64,000 nt of DNA from Mytilus edulis (Eukaryota), in NCBI RefSeq assembly GCF_963676685.1, contig NC_092346.1:39432001-39496000 (forward strand), given 5' to 3'. Below, piece by piece: positions 11,671-25,136 of the stretch; the stretch's first letter is position 1, and each line of letters begins with the position of its first letter. The translations under genes and the position numbers were made by a program. The notes below the pieces were generated by a model. It searched no databases. It saw only the letters and a list, made by a program, of their open reading frames with translations, and was not told the DNA's origin.

Positions 11671-14600
11671 CAGCTGACTGTCAAAGATGGGACTTTCGAT
11701 GTACAAGATACCGTATATTTCCATCAAGGTTAAATAGAAATTAAGACTTTTCAAGTTTCTTAAAAGATGTCAACGATACTGACTATAAAAAAAAATAATA
11801 AAAGATTTTCATTTATTTTTCTATTGTCCGTTTTATTAGTTTCATAAATTTATATACCTACATATATAGTAAGAACTGTATAAGCTATTATAGATTAAAA
11901 AAAAACATTGACTATTCGAAATGGTTATGATGGCATCCAATATATTAGTAAATTCACTAAGTTGTTTCATAACTTGAGTGGACGTCTTTGACGGTTGCAT
12001 CTTTTGAATAAGGTAGTACATTAATTGCATGCTCTGAATACTTAAAAAAATGTGCCCAAATTCATTGAACATTTTAAGTTTTTAAATATTTAGCTGTATC
12101 AAACATAGATGTGGAATTTTGGTATAAGATTTGAATTGCTGGACATAAGATTTTGATATGTTTATTAAGCTTCTCATTTACCATGCAGAAAAGTGTGGTT
12201 CAATTACAGAGAATCCGTTCCGATTTCTGCACTTATAGCTGATCTAAACTTAACCAATAATCTTTAATTAGGATTTCTTACTATTTACCTGAAATCAAGG
12301 TTGAAAAGATTAATATTTAAGTATTATTATTTGTGTTTATTAGGTTCAATACAACAAACAAGATTTCATTCATAATGTGATTAACAAGATTTAAACATGC
12401 TATTCATTAAGTAAAAGACTTTTCATGAACCTTTTTACATATATTTTTTTCATCGATCTGAATTATGACATATGGTATAATTTTTTCCCACTCACATGGA
12501 TGGATGATTTAATCCAAATTCTGACTGTTTACCGAGGGAGACTGTCATTTTCAAAATTGAACTTGAAATAATAAAAAAAAAAAACAACATACTAGCCAAC
12601 AGAATAATTTCTAAATCTCAAAAAGCCTGTCTGTCGGCCAACAATATGTCAAAATTTTCGCCCTTTGTACCGGTGAACTACCTAATGTCCATGTGGTATC
12701 TTTCGCCCCTCTTTTAATACAGGACCTACTTATTGTTCATTTGGTTTTGTCCTGAACATGAAATGAACTGGACGTAAAGCAAACAACAATTACTCGTTAA
12801 TGGTTCGAAATTACACCTGTTTTAGCATTTGATATTATTCTTAAAATGCAATTTGAATAAAAGTGTAGAATTTGTGATAACAAAACTATGACATTGTATA
12901 CAACAGCAATGACAATTAATTTCTTTCAATGTAAAAATAAAAATAGAATCAATTCATTTTCAAACCTGTTCCCCTTTTCTATTCTATGACATCACCGAGT
13001 GACGAGTCCACACCCTTGACATCATCTAACTTTATCTGCCATAACTGCTTTTAATGTAATGAAATTTTATTAGACTGTCAAACAGGTGAGAGGTTTATAT
13101 ACCATGGTTAAATCCAACGGGTTGTTGTCTCTTTGACACGTTCCCCATTTCCATTCTCAATTTTATTGTCTACATAAGGTAATGCCTTAGTCTGGAATAT
13201 GACAGTTGTTTTCCATTCGTTTGGTGTGTTTGAGTTGTTGATTTTGCCATTTTATAAAGGATTTTCCCTTTGAGGTATGTTTTTATTTTTTGTATCGTTT
13301 TTTTTATACAACCAAATGGTAAATGAGAACAGAACATTCAAATTCTCTCAGTCCCCAAAATAACCAAATCGTACCTTTTGATAAAAGGTACATGGTATAT
13401 GAACATGAAAACGCAAAAATAAACTGATAATCTAAAATGATTCCATGAAACACTGATAATCTAATATTGAAGTCATATATGAAGTTAGCTTTTATATAGA
13501 AAGTTCCTAGATGCTTCTGTTTCTCAATGGAGTTTAGTATTAAACATCTTGTAGCTACATGCTATATATGATTATTTTGAGCAAAGATGGTGCAAGTGAA
13601 TAAAAGTGATGACGTCATAGAAGTGTTTACAGCATTTGTTTTTTCTGAATCAGAACTATTTATTTCAAATGTAATTTATCGTTATGCGATTTTTCATCTG
13701 AATGCATAAAGGCAACAGTAGCATACCGCAGTTCATAAGTCATAAATAAATTAAGAGAAAACAATTCCGTGTTCAAACTAAAACTGAGGGAAACAAATCC
13801 ACTACAAGAGGATTACGATGGAACAAATGTTGTTTAAACTAACAAAATGACACAAAAAATAAAAATATCACAAAATAACAAAACAATAAAAAGTCATTCA
13901 GACTTTTCTAAAAGCGTCTCGGCCGAAATAAAATGAATTTTTCTTGCCATTATCATTTTACATTTTAAATAAATTTTAAAGTTTAATACCAAAATAATTT
14001 CTACAAGACCATTTAGATCATGTGTATGAAATGTGTATTGTGTATTGCTTAAAGCACACAAAGTCAGTCTCAGTCATGAGAAAAGAAAAATGCTTCACTT
14101 GTAAAAACAATTTGATGATTTTTTTTATTGATTTCATATTAAGTTTAATAATTATAAATGTTTCAATTTGCAAAGTTTACAAGGTGCGTCAATTCATAGA
14201 TATTTATTTGGGCGTAAAAATATTATCTGAGTAAATGCCTTTTTTTAAAACAATTTCAACTTCCATCTCGGAGTGGTATAATGCAACCATGTTCATTATT
14301 ATTATTATTATATGCAAGGCTCCAAAAAGTCAGTATAGACGACAACTTATATTAAGGATGATCGCTCCTCTATTTCATATCAGCAAGCTTTTCAAAAGAC
14401 GGTTATTAATCCACTGTATTGGATCCCATTTCAACCAAAAACTATGAAAAAAATAACAAGGATTTCATAAGATTTTCAAAAATGGCTATGTCATTAAATT
14501 ATGAAAAGAAAAGAAAGGGTTACTAGTAGCCGTAATTTTTTTTATTGAATAAAACTAGAGGATTCGTAATATCTGACAAGAGTAGCGAACATCATTAATA

Positions 14601-15064
14601 GGCAACAATAACAAAACGATGTCATCTTGACTTTATAACTCTCCTGGCCCAAATGGCTCTAGTGGAAGTCTTAACACTCTGATGTTAATAGGGTTCAATA
14701 ACTATGATCCGTCCACATTTGCATCAGTCTGTCTTTTTTTTTTTACTAAATTTTAAATCAAGGTTGAAATGGTTTATATATTAAGTCTCTTTATTATTTT
14801 GATTATTACTTTCATACGAACATTAAGATTTCACTAATAATGTGATACATAAGATTTAAGCATGTTTTTTCTCTCTTCACAATGAATGGAAGCATTTCTT
14901 ACTGGTCATGAACTTTTTACAGTTTAAGTAGATACGTCAATGGATTATGTATGTAATCATTATAGTTCCAAATTTTACCCGTGTTTAAGCGTTTTTTTTT
15001 GAATATGAGAAATTCCGATAACTGCTTTACAGTTCGGTGTCATTGAGTTCACACCAGTTTTTAG

Positions 15065-15620
15065 TTTTTATACGCCCGTCGTCTTTTAGACGGGACGTAT
15101 TATGGTATACCGTTGTCCGTCCGTCTGTCCGTCCGTCCGTCTGTCCGTCCGTCGTCAACAATTCGGACAATAACTCAAAAACACTTTCACCAATTTCCAT
15201 GAAACTTAAGTGAATTGTTTATATCTATTGAAGTAAGCTCCCTTTCGTTTTTTTAAATTTCAGATTTTAAGTTTTGGATTTATGGGGCTTTATTCATAAA
15301 AAAGGGGGGATTTTCAACACTTCGGACAATAACTCAAACAGGCTTTCACCAATGTCCATGAAACTTTGGTGAATTGTTTATATCTATTGATGTAAGCTCC
15401 CTTTCAATTTTTATAAATTTCAGATTTTAAGTTTTGGATTAAAGGGGCTTTATTTATAAAAAAAAGGGGGATTTTTAACACTTCGGACAATAACTCAAAA
15501 AGGCTTTCACCAATGTCCATGAAACTTTGGTGAATTGTTTATATCTATTGATGTAAGCTCCCTTTCAATTTTTATAAATTTCAGATTTTAAGTTTTGGAT
15601 TTATGGGGCTTTTTTTCAAA
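15065..15620 (+). mobile_element. Helentron/HINE-like element with (GTCC)n microsatellite and 160-bp internal tandem repeats
   Basis: TTTTTATACGCCCGTC...GACGGGACGTAT terminus, GTCC/GTCT microsatellite, and repeat units starting at ~15161, 15321 and 15482. Confidence 0.75.
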
Positions 15621-16735
15621 ATTTTGCAAGCAAATGCCACAATTATCATTCACACTTCATTTATACAGTTTTATCAATTGTGTAGAGAAGGCATATTTAT
15701 ACCATAATCTATATTTAGCAAACCTGTTTTGAATTGTGATGTGATCATGGACATATAATCAAAACACCATAGCCAACAGAAAAAAAAACAGAAAAAAAAC
15801 CAAAAAAAATAAAAACAAAAGCAGTTTTTTCATAAAGAGTTATTCACAATTTTCCAATAGACAAAATGAATTCCATTCAACATAAAATTTATCATTTTTG
15901 TATCATCACTATTGAAAATGCGTTTTCAACATTTAGATTAAATAGTTTCAACATATCTGTTTTGAACGGTTAGAGATGCATAGTAGTATATTGCATTGGA
16001 ACAGTGATAACCATATCTGTTTCAGTCACGAGATAAAGGTTTCATTTGCAAAACATATTAAAGAAATGATTTTCAGTAAAAAATCTTAATCTTATAAAAA
16101 TGGATTGCAAACTCATCTGTAATTTGTTTGGAAATGTTTTCATTTTGAAACCCAAAGATTTTTTTTACTTTTAATTTCATTTTTTAGGTGCCTATAAGGA
16201 CGAAAAATGGTATATGCTACTAATCCCTTATCACCATGTGTTTAAGACTATAAGTAGTTATAGTTATAGTATAAGACGGGCTTTAAGAATAATGAAAGGG
16301 AATCCAACATGAAAATCAAATTATATTTCTTTTGTACTCTGCCCAAATGTAGTTTATGTAATTTCCCCTTACAAATATAATAAAAAAAATAGAGGTATCG
16401 GAGCAATTTTAAGCTACAAGTTGTGCAATTTTTTAGAGGATTATACAAGGAAACTAATTTTTATAGCTAGCTAAACCTTTCACATGTATGACAGTCGCAT
16501 CAAATTCCATTATATTTACAACGATGTGAGAACAAAACAAACAGATATAATAGGCTGCTATTTCAAAAATAGAGGTACAGCAGTCAACATTGTGTTATAA
16601 TCTTAATCATTATAAAAACAAACAAATATGTAACAAAGAAACACAAAAAGGCATATAGACAAAGGTTATGACCAAAAATGAAAGACAAGAATACAAAAAT
16701 TTACCATAGCCCAATAACACAATGAGGGGATGTAA

Positions 16736-17095
16736 AAAGTAAAATCACAAAAATACTGAACTTAGAGGAAGATCAATTGGGAAAGTCCATAATCACATGG
16801 CAAAATTAAATAACAAAACGCATCAAAAACGAATGGACAAAAACTGTCATACTCCTGACTTGGTACAGGCATTTTCAAATGTAGAAAATGGTGGATTAAA
16901 CCATGTAAACACGAAGAGACACGTTATAAAGATGATAAATAACGTCAGTACCCAGAATCTATTATACTTCAAGACCATCTTTCATTATTTGTGAAGTTGA
17001 TACGGAATATTTATCAACAAGGTCTTGGTACTTTCTTTTAGAAAAAGGACGAAACGTTGATTGACATACCCCTGGTTTATTAACTTTATGCTCAA
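16736..17095. repeat. High-copy interspersed repeat (AAAAGTAAAATCACAAAAATACTGAAC...CCTGACTTGGTACAGGC), probably a Penelope-like element 3' region
   Basis: Copies at ~3330-3550, 9600-9960, 39048-39230, 39753-40050, 44135-44270 (rc), 46400-46840 (rc) and 59495-59940; several continue into RT C-terminal-like fragments. Confidence 0.7.
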
Positions 17096-18775
17096 ACACT
17101 GGTTAGTGAAATTTAGTAAAATAAATAAGATTACTGAACATTTCATTATAAAAAAAACCTGAACTATATCTTGTCAAGCAATATAATATTAAAATCGTCA
17201 TATTGAATTTCTGTTTACTTGCGATCATAAGATAAATAACAATCCGTTTCTTATAAGCTAAAAATCAATTTAACAAAATTCTAGACGAATCATTTGAAGC
17301 TATTTGCAAGCAAGACCCACGATGTACCCTGGCTGTTGATAACCCTCTTGGAAAGTGGGATTAAACAACCGCGATCCCGTTCTGCATTTCGCGTCGAACA
17401 CAGGCCTACACATAACCATGATAACTTTTATTAACTACGATACAGCTCTTTCTATTAAATATGAAACCAAGGCCGAAAAGATTTATATTTTAAAATATCT
17501 TATTTATGTTTTATTAACACACAAGATTTCATTCATAGTAATATTTAAGCATATTAGTTTTTATAATAGTGAATACATCAATAGACGCATTTACATCAGT
17601 TCATTCCCCTTTTCACAGTGCACTTAGACTAATCACATTAACCACATGTGGTGTATCTTTTTTTTCCTACAATTTGTTTGACGGAAAGTTTTAAAAACTA
17701 GACCAAATAGCAGAAGAAAGAAAACCAGTAAATGTAATTCTATTGATAATATATTTTATTTGTTTGTTTTTGTTTAAACAGATTTGGGGTTTTCTTTTTG
17801 AATGTGTTATTTTTGGGGTCAAGGTGACTCACAAGGTCATTTTTTTAAATTAAGGTCAAATGAGTGAAGGTCAAATGGTATGATGTTTTTTGGGGGGTGA
17901 ACTATCTTTTTGGTGAAATGATATCACAAATGAGACCCATTCGTTAAAGAAAACATATGTGTGATATAAAGTCTGGCAGAGGTCTATTTTAAGGTAATGG
18001 AGTTCTGTAACTAGTATTTGAAAATACTAAATGTGAAAGCGGTTGTAGAGAAAACAAATTTACACGAAATCAATGCAAAACAGTTCACCAAAGGGATCAT
18101 GTTCTTACTAAACCGCTCTGTATCTCTTACACAATATGTAAAACAAAGGCAACAGTAGTATTCTGGTGTTCAAAAGTCATTAATCGAATCATACAACTGA
18201 AGGAAGACCAATGCGATGAAGATTTTCTAAATATAAAATAAGGAGATATGGTGTGCTTGTAAATGATACATAAAGACATGGATACATACAACAATGGTCA
18301 CCGTTCGGCCTTTAACCTATCTAAATTATAGCAATTTTATTTTTTGTGCTTCATTGCATGAACATCAAGTACAGTTTATCAGATATATCCTAAGTGTAAA
18401 ACTAAAAGTCACACCCTCCTTCTATTTGCATTGTTTCGTAAGATTTTCCGTAGGTATGAGGCAGTCATGTTGAATTCGGAAGTTTTGAATTGAAATTTGA
18501 GACACACTCGTCAACATTGGTTTGATATGATTCATTATTAATTTTTTTTACTAAAAAAAAAAATAACTCGCGAGTAGAAATAGATGTTTTCGATGTATTG
18601 GTGTTGATATTACAATTTTTGTAATCTTTTTAATCAGTAATTAATAGTATTATTCATGATACCTGGTCATGTTTACAATATAATGACGGTGGTGTAAGAT
18701 AGTGATGGTTTTATCCCACGACAGGTGCCCAGACCTCTTACATGGCGGATCAAAGATCAAGACGAAACTGAGAAA

Positions 18776-21700
18776 ATGACAGTTTTTACCATCTTTGTTG
18801 GAATTCTAGTATCGGGTATGTATTTTAGTGTTGTTTTTTTTAACACAGGATAATTTTGAGAAAACCATTTTTGTGTTTTCGTGAATTACTTAAACTTTCA
18901 TTTATATTGGTGAATAATTATTCATAAAAACACAAAACTTTTTACCACTCTAAGGCTATATTGAAAAACACTGGTTTACGACAATCGTTAAGATCTATAT
19001 TTTGTAAATGTATTATTTTTCCGAGAGAACACATGGGGATACTCGCCGAACGAGCTTTGAAACCTCTCCCCTTGCAAAAGTGTTTGCTGGAATTCTGCTG
19101 GATATATCGAATCCGCAATCCTGATATTCCCACTAGCATCATTCGTTAAAAAAAAAACTCATTAAGGAACAATGCCGAAATTTTTACGCAATGTGGTTTG
19201 ATTGCCAAAAGGACAACTACACAACAGAGTTCAAATAAAGCGTATTAAATCAACTATAGACTCAAACAGTGATCCTAACCCATACCTTGTAGTCAGGTTT
19301 CCGACATGACAAAACATGAAACATTTTAATCGAAAAAAAACTCAATGGTCTGATTCACGTCGACTCAATTCGAAAAACAAATATTACATACAGCAACCAA
19401 CGACAACCACTGTATAACTTTCTATATATTCTAATTTGCTGTCGAAATTGATTTTCATCTTGTGTCCGATCCTACCCTTTTTATGCTTATTTGATATCAT
19501 CAATTTCAAGTAAATCGTATTGTTCTTTTAAGTTACTGGAGCGTTCCTAGTAATTCTAAGAAGTGAAAACAGTAAGTTAACATGTCGGCAACTCAATGAT
19601 TGTAACTAGAAAAGAATCTAGATAGAAAAAAAAACGTACTATGTTAAAATACTACATTTAAATGTATTTCACCGAATACAACTAATTATCTTTGCAGGAT
19701 GTTATAGTTTTTCACTACCAGGTCTGCAAAATGTCCAGACAGATGATAATTTCACAAAAACTTTTGGAATTATACCAGGAAAAAGCACATACAAAAAGAC
19801 AGATCCAAATCATTCAATCAACACAGAACAACTTGGGGAACATGTACTCTCATCCCAGGAAAAAGTTTCCACTTCCGTCTCAAATCACGGTAGTCTTGCA
19901 ACAACGCTGAATCAACTATCTGGTATGTCTGCACTTCAGTTGCTGAAAATTCTAGGAGTACAACTTGGAAGTAATGCGCCTCTCAACATCAATACAAACG
20001 CCATCATCCATCGCCTGCCACAGCAACAAAACAATGTTCCAAAGAAGCAACATTATACGGTAGAACCATTGAAACCAACAATGAAAACACTTTCAAACTA
20101 TGGACAAAAAACTGGAAGTTTTATGCCTACTGATAACAACGTCTTAAGTACACCCCGCCCACCACAGCAAATGAGCAATGCTGGAAAGTTCAATACTCAG
20201 CAACAATTGAGTCCAGTTTTCATGATGACGTCAGGAATGGGTGAACAAAGCTTCCCTGATACGTCTTCAATTCAACATCCATCTGGTTCTAATCATGAAG
20301 ATAATAAAGCAAAATTGTTTGACCCTGATGCACTGATGCAAGAAATGATGAGCTCTTCTTCTTCATCACTAGGTGCTGGGAAATATATGGTAAAACAGAA
20401 TGTTTCTCCACAAAATTGGGCACCTAATCAACAGAAAAATATTAAAACGAATACCAAAAACAGTCCTGGCATGTTTAATCCTATGCATGGTCAAACATCT
20501 ATCAACTTCAACCCTGATTCATTCAACAACATAAAAATGAATTTTCAACCAGATGCACTCTTGCTTTCTGTTAATAAAGGGACACCGCATATTAGTAACA
20601 AACTTTCATATGATCCTGATAAACTTAACAACTACTATGGAAAGTTTAAACCTGGACAAATGTTCCAAGTTGAAGATATGAATACACCGCTACCACCAGT
20701 ACATCAAAGTTTATTCAATGCCGACACTTTAAACAAAAAGTTGATGAGCAGTGCCAAAAAGTCAGATGACCCAAATCCGAACAATGAAAACACATTAGCT
20801 TCATTGCAGTCCGAAATTGTCCCGCAACCGTCATTGAAGAAAATGTCAGGTTTTGTGCCTGGCTTACTTTTTCCTGGGTTTAAACCTGATAATGACGAGC
20901 TTGGGAATCACTTTTCGGAATATGACACAAACTTTGTAGAAAGAGCAGAGGAAAGTAAAAAAAGTATCAAGCATAGATATGCCTTTGTAGATATGTTATC
21001 AGATTTACCAGCAGAGCCTGACCATTCAGTTAACCCGGGAAACCTTACAAATCAAACTGCACTTGCACCAACTAGCCAATCACAGACAACCATTACAGCC
21101 ACTATGGATACTACAACTCAAGGGACTACTTTTGTGTTCACAACTTCAACTGATAGCCATGAAAACCATAGTGAATCCAGTAAATTTATGCCTGCTCAGT
21201 CAAACCACCCTCAAAATGGATTTGTTCCTGGGTCTTTGACAGGAGATGGGCGAACATTACAAATGATGGTAAATAAAGGAATGTATAACCCTAACGTGGT
21301 CAATCAGCAGGCTTTCTCAATGAATAATATTCAAAATACAGGATCATCAAATATCAACAATAACACAACGCATCAGACGTCGAATAGTTTTGGAATGATG
21401 TTTAATTTTAATCCTTCATCAGGTAACCAACCAAAAATCAGTTTCAACACTAATCAGCAAATAGGAATGGATGGTTCAAGTGGGTCGACGTCAAACAACT
21501 ACAATACATTTTATGATCCAAATAAAATAAATCAAAATTCATATATTAACCCATTCGACAAGGCCCAGACGAACATGAATAACATGTCAACAGGGCAGTT
21601 TGATAATTCACAATTCTTAGGAAATTTTGACGCAAACAAGGTTAATATGGGGATTATTGGAAATTCAAAAAATAGTACGCAAAATAGTATGAATTCTGGG

Positions 21701-22300
21701 TTTGGTGGACAATTTAACCCAACAGAAGTAAATAAAGCATATTTTAATCCAAATGTGGTAAATAAAGAGAGAATTAACTTTAACCCTTCTAAAATGTTGG
21801 AATCTAATGCTGGCTATGACAAGAAAACAGCCGAAAGTTATACATTTGATCCGAATAAAGTCAATGACTTACATGTCAATTTTCTTCCTCCTTTTCTTCA
21901 AGACAATTCAAACTCAACTGCAGGAAACAGTTCAGGTTCTGGATTTATCCCGGGTCTTCTGTCTGGAGGTAAAGATGATAGTGGTGTATTTGATCCTAGT
22001 AAAATGAAGGCTGGCATGTTGTTTAATCCAAACGCAATGATGAATACGAACAAAAATACGACAGAAAATGGCGGCATCTCAGATAAAAGTCAAACGAATA
22101 TGATGTTTAGTCCTTCGGCTATGATCGGTAACATGAAGGGTTTGATATCGGGAGCAAGTTTTGATCCAAATGCAGTAAACAAAGTTAACATGCATTTCAG
22201 TCCTAATGAAATGATGAAACAAGTCCCTGGCAACGTTGAAAGGACATCCAAGACTGATAATCCTATAATTGGTCAAGGAAGCGATGAGAAAGTAAAATAA
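18776..22300 (+). CDS. G3: secreted ~880-aa Asn/Ser/Met/Gln/Phe-rich protein with many F[DN]P motifs
   Basis: Exon1 18776-18815 (MTVFTIFVGILVS, G|gtatgt). Exon2 19698-22300 is in frame with the 791-aa ORF and extends it 5' (GCYSFSLPGLQNVQ...). Signal peptide MTVFTIFVGILVSGCYS; repeated FDPNKVN / FNPNVVN / GF[VI]PG motifs; AATAAA overlaps the stop. Confidence 0.9.
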
Positions 22301-23599
22301 AGAAATTATCGAACAAACAAAAGGATAGATATTATGTTTTTTTCTGACTAAAACAATGTTTTTTTTCTACGAAGGCCAATATGGTTTATTGCAAGAGTAG
22401 ACAGTTTAGCTATTGTTGGTATCGTTTGTTCTTAAATATACTGATATCTTTTTTTTTTGGGATAAACTTGCATGTAAATCAGGCTTGAAAGATTTTGATC
22501 CCTTTATGTTCATGCATTTTCTACCTCTTAATGTTTATTAATTCTCTTTGTATCAAGGTAAATCTGATATGCAGATTGACTATTTCACTTTTGTTATTTT
22601 TGCTCCATTTTGCGTTCAGTAATTTGAACAAATGTGCATTCACGTCGGAAACGTTAAAAAAAATAAAAATATGTGTATAAATATGACTTCTTCCCTTGCT
22701 CTCTCCCACAGAGGAATGTTTATAGAAGGTGGTCTTCGTAAAACTAATTTCGATTAAGCATGAATGCTTAACGAACATTTGATGGCAAATATTTCATGCA
22801 TATTTAAGGCGAGAAGAAAATGTTAACAAACTTGCTTTGTGAGTCCACAAGATTAAAAAAAAAAAAAGTGTAATTCACATATTAACATGCGATAATTGTA
22901 TTGCTAAAAGTTGTACACTTACATTGAATTATTATTGGTAAAACGAAGGTTGAATATTTTATTTAGATATAGAAAAATGTGTAATGATTGCCATTGAGAC
23001 AACTCTCCATCCAAGTCCAATTTGTAAAAGTAAACCATCATAGGTCAAATTACGGCCTTCAACACGGAGCCTTGGCTCACACCGAACAACAAGCTATAAA
23101 GGGTCATACAAACTACTAGTGTAAAACCATTCAAACGAGAAAACCAACGGTCTGATCTATATAAAAAAACGAGAAACGAGAAACATTTATGAACTACATT
23201 CGCTAACTTGATATGGAATATATATACTTCGGCAACTTCCATGAATGGTTTAATTGATTAAATTGTCAAACTGAATAAATGTAAAAGAGGGAAGAAAGAT
23301 ACCAGAGGTGTAGTCAAACTCATAGATTATAAACAAAGTGAAATCGCCATGGCTAAAAATATAAAGACAAGGATTTCCGCAATTTTATAAAAGTATCCCT
23401 TTTTGCATTATATGTCAGACTCAAAATTGCCACACTTCTCCAAAAGGTATGAACAAATTTAAAAGAGACTATACGTGATCCGGCATCAACCGTACGTTTT
23501 CTTAAAATAAAAAAACAAAAAAAAAAACAAAAAAAAACCAGCTACTGGTGAGGTGTTTTGCTTGAGATAAGGTACATGGACTGAGGTCTAGTTAATATA

Positions 23600-23815
23600 A
23601 AAAAGAAGAAGTGGTATTATTGCCAATGAGACAACTATCCACAAAAGACCAAAATGACACAGACATTAACAACTATAGGTCACCGTACGGCCTTCAACAA
23701 TGAGCAAAGCCCATACCGCATAGTCAGCTATAAAAGGCCCCGATAAGACAATATAAAACAATTCAAACGAGAAAACTAACGGCCTTATTTATGTAAAAAA
23801 AAAGAACGAAAAACA
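23600..23815. repeat. SINE-like interspersed repeat (GTGGTATGATTGCCAATGAGACAAC...AAAAGGCCCCGA)
   Basis: Copies at ~22970-23200, 37210-37400, 58750-58890 and 61497-61700, and inverted at ~27090-27285 and 54050-54170. Confidence 0.75.
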
Positions 23816-24873
23816 AATAGTTAAACTTTTTCTGACCAATAAACTAGGGTTTTATCGTTTCGAAGTTTTCGTCACTCGATGATGATAATAAACAGGTGCA
23901 AAAATATTTAAGTTCCTATAATCCAATCTCGCCCCACAACTGCATAATGGTAGAAGATGGTGAATTTTAAAATTGAACATCAAATATATAGATGGGTTTT
24001 TTTCATGCCTAAGAAAACGGCAACCTAAGTCTTTTTGTAAAATAGTATGATTCGGGAACTTAACTTTAATAGTGTTACCGAATTATTTGTGCCTCCCAAA
24101 ATCACGATTTTGTAGAATGAAATTTAGAAAATGCTGAGCCCTCTCACCAAACCCAGGTATCGTTTGTTAAAGTATCCATTTCTGATGAAAATAAAATAAA
24201 ATATTTTCCTCGCTCTCTCTTTGAACATAATCAAATAGGACAGAACATATTGACATTGACAACACTTTCTGAACATCCGTCACTTGCTTTTGTAAACTTG
24301 TAAAATATATCTTGTCTGATGCACAACAGGTATATAATGCACAACTGGTATGTGCTTATCCAAAAACACAATAAGTGGTTACACAAAGAATGTACAAAAA
24401 TGTGATTACATACACACTCCGTACTACAAGGATAAGCAGTGAATATATCATGACTTAATAGGGTGTGGCTATAAAGCAAAGTATTATATAACTTTTTTTG
24501 TCTTTAAAAAAATCACCACACACTATATTCTATAACAATTTCCAGTATTTGCTGAAAAGATGTTGGTAATTTTTCATTACCAACTTCATTGTCAATGACA
24601 CCTGTAATTGACTTTTAGAATAACAGAAATTTGATGATATTTTTCATGCTGAATCTTATCAATGGAATGGTCAATCCTAGGAACAAGATAAAACCTTGTT
24701 TTGAAACCGAATTAACTTGTCTGAAATCAATTACAAACAGCGTTATCTTGTTTAGATACTAGGACATAGGAACAGCTCCAGTCACTGTTACTGCCAATAA
24801 CATTATCGTCTAACTGTTTTCATTAATTAAGTTTCAGTAATTTTAGCCGCTAAAAGGTTGTACCTCAATTTAA

Positions 24874-25136
24874 GGTGGAACCTAACACTTTGACTAAAAT
24901 ATAATTGGCTCGTTTAATTTTCATAAAATTTGGACAAAATATTTACTTTGACCCCTTTGATTTCAAAATCTTTGCACCTCACATTCTCTCGGAAACCTTT
25001 CATTGGATACATAGCAATTTTACAAACACTATTTTTTTTATCATTGGGAAGCGTAATATTTCTTTATCAATACAACGTGATTAAAACGTTTATATGATTT
25101 TTACAGAGTTATCTCCCAGTGGTGTTGGGTACCACC
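24874..25136. mobile_element. MITE, Kolobok-like
   Basis: TIRs GGTGGAACCTAACAC / GTGTTGGGTACCACC, flanked by TTAA and TTTA. Confidence 0.6.

Noticed and set aside
15161-15620. CRISPR-like or other prokaryotic repeat array
   Set aside because: Eukaryotic DNA; the repeats are contiguous 160-bp units with no unique spacers.
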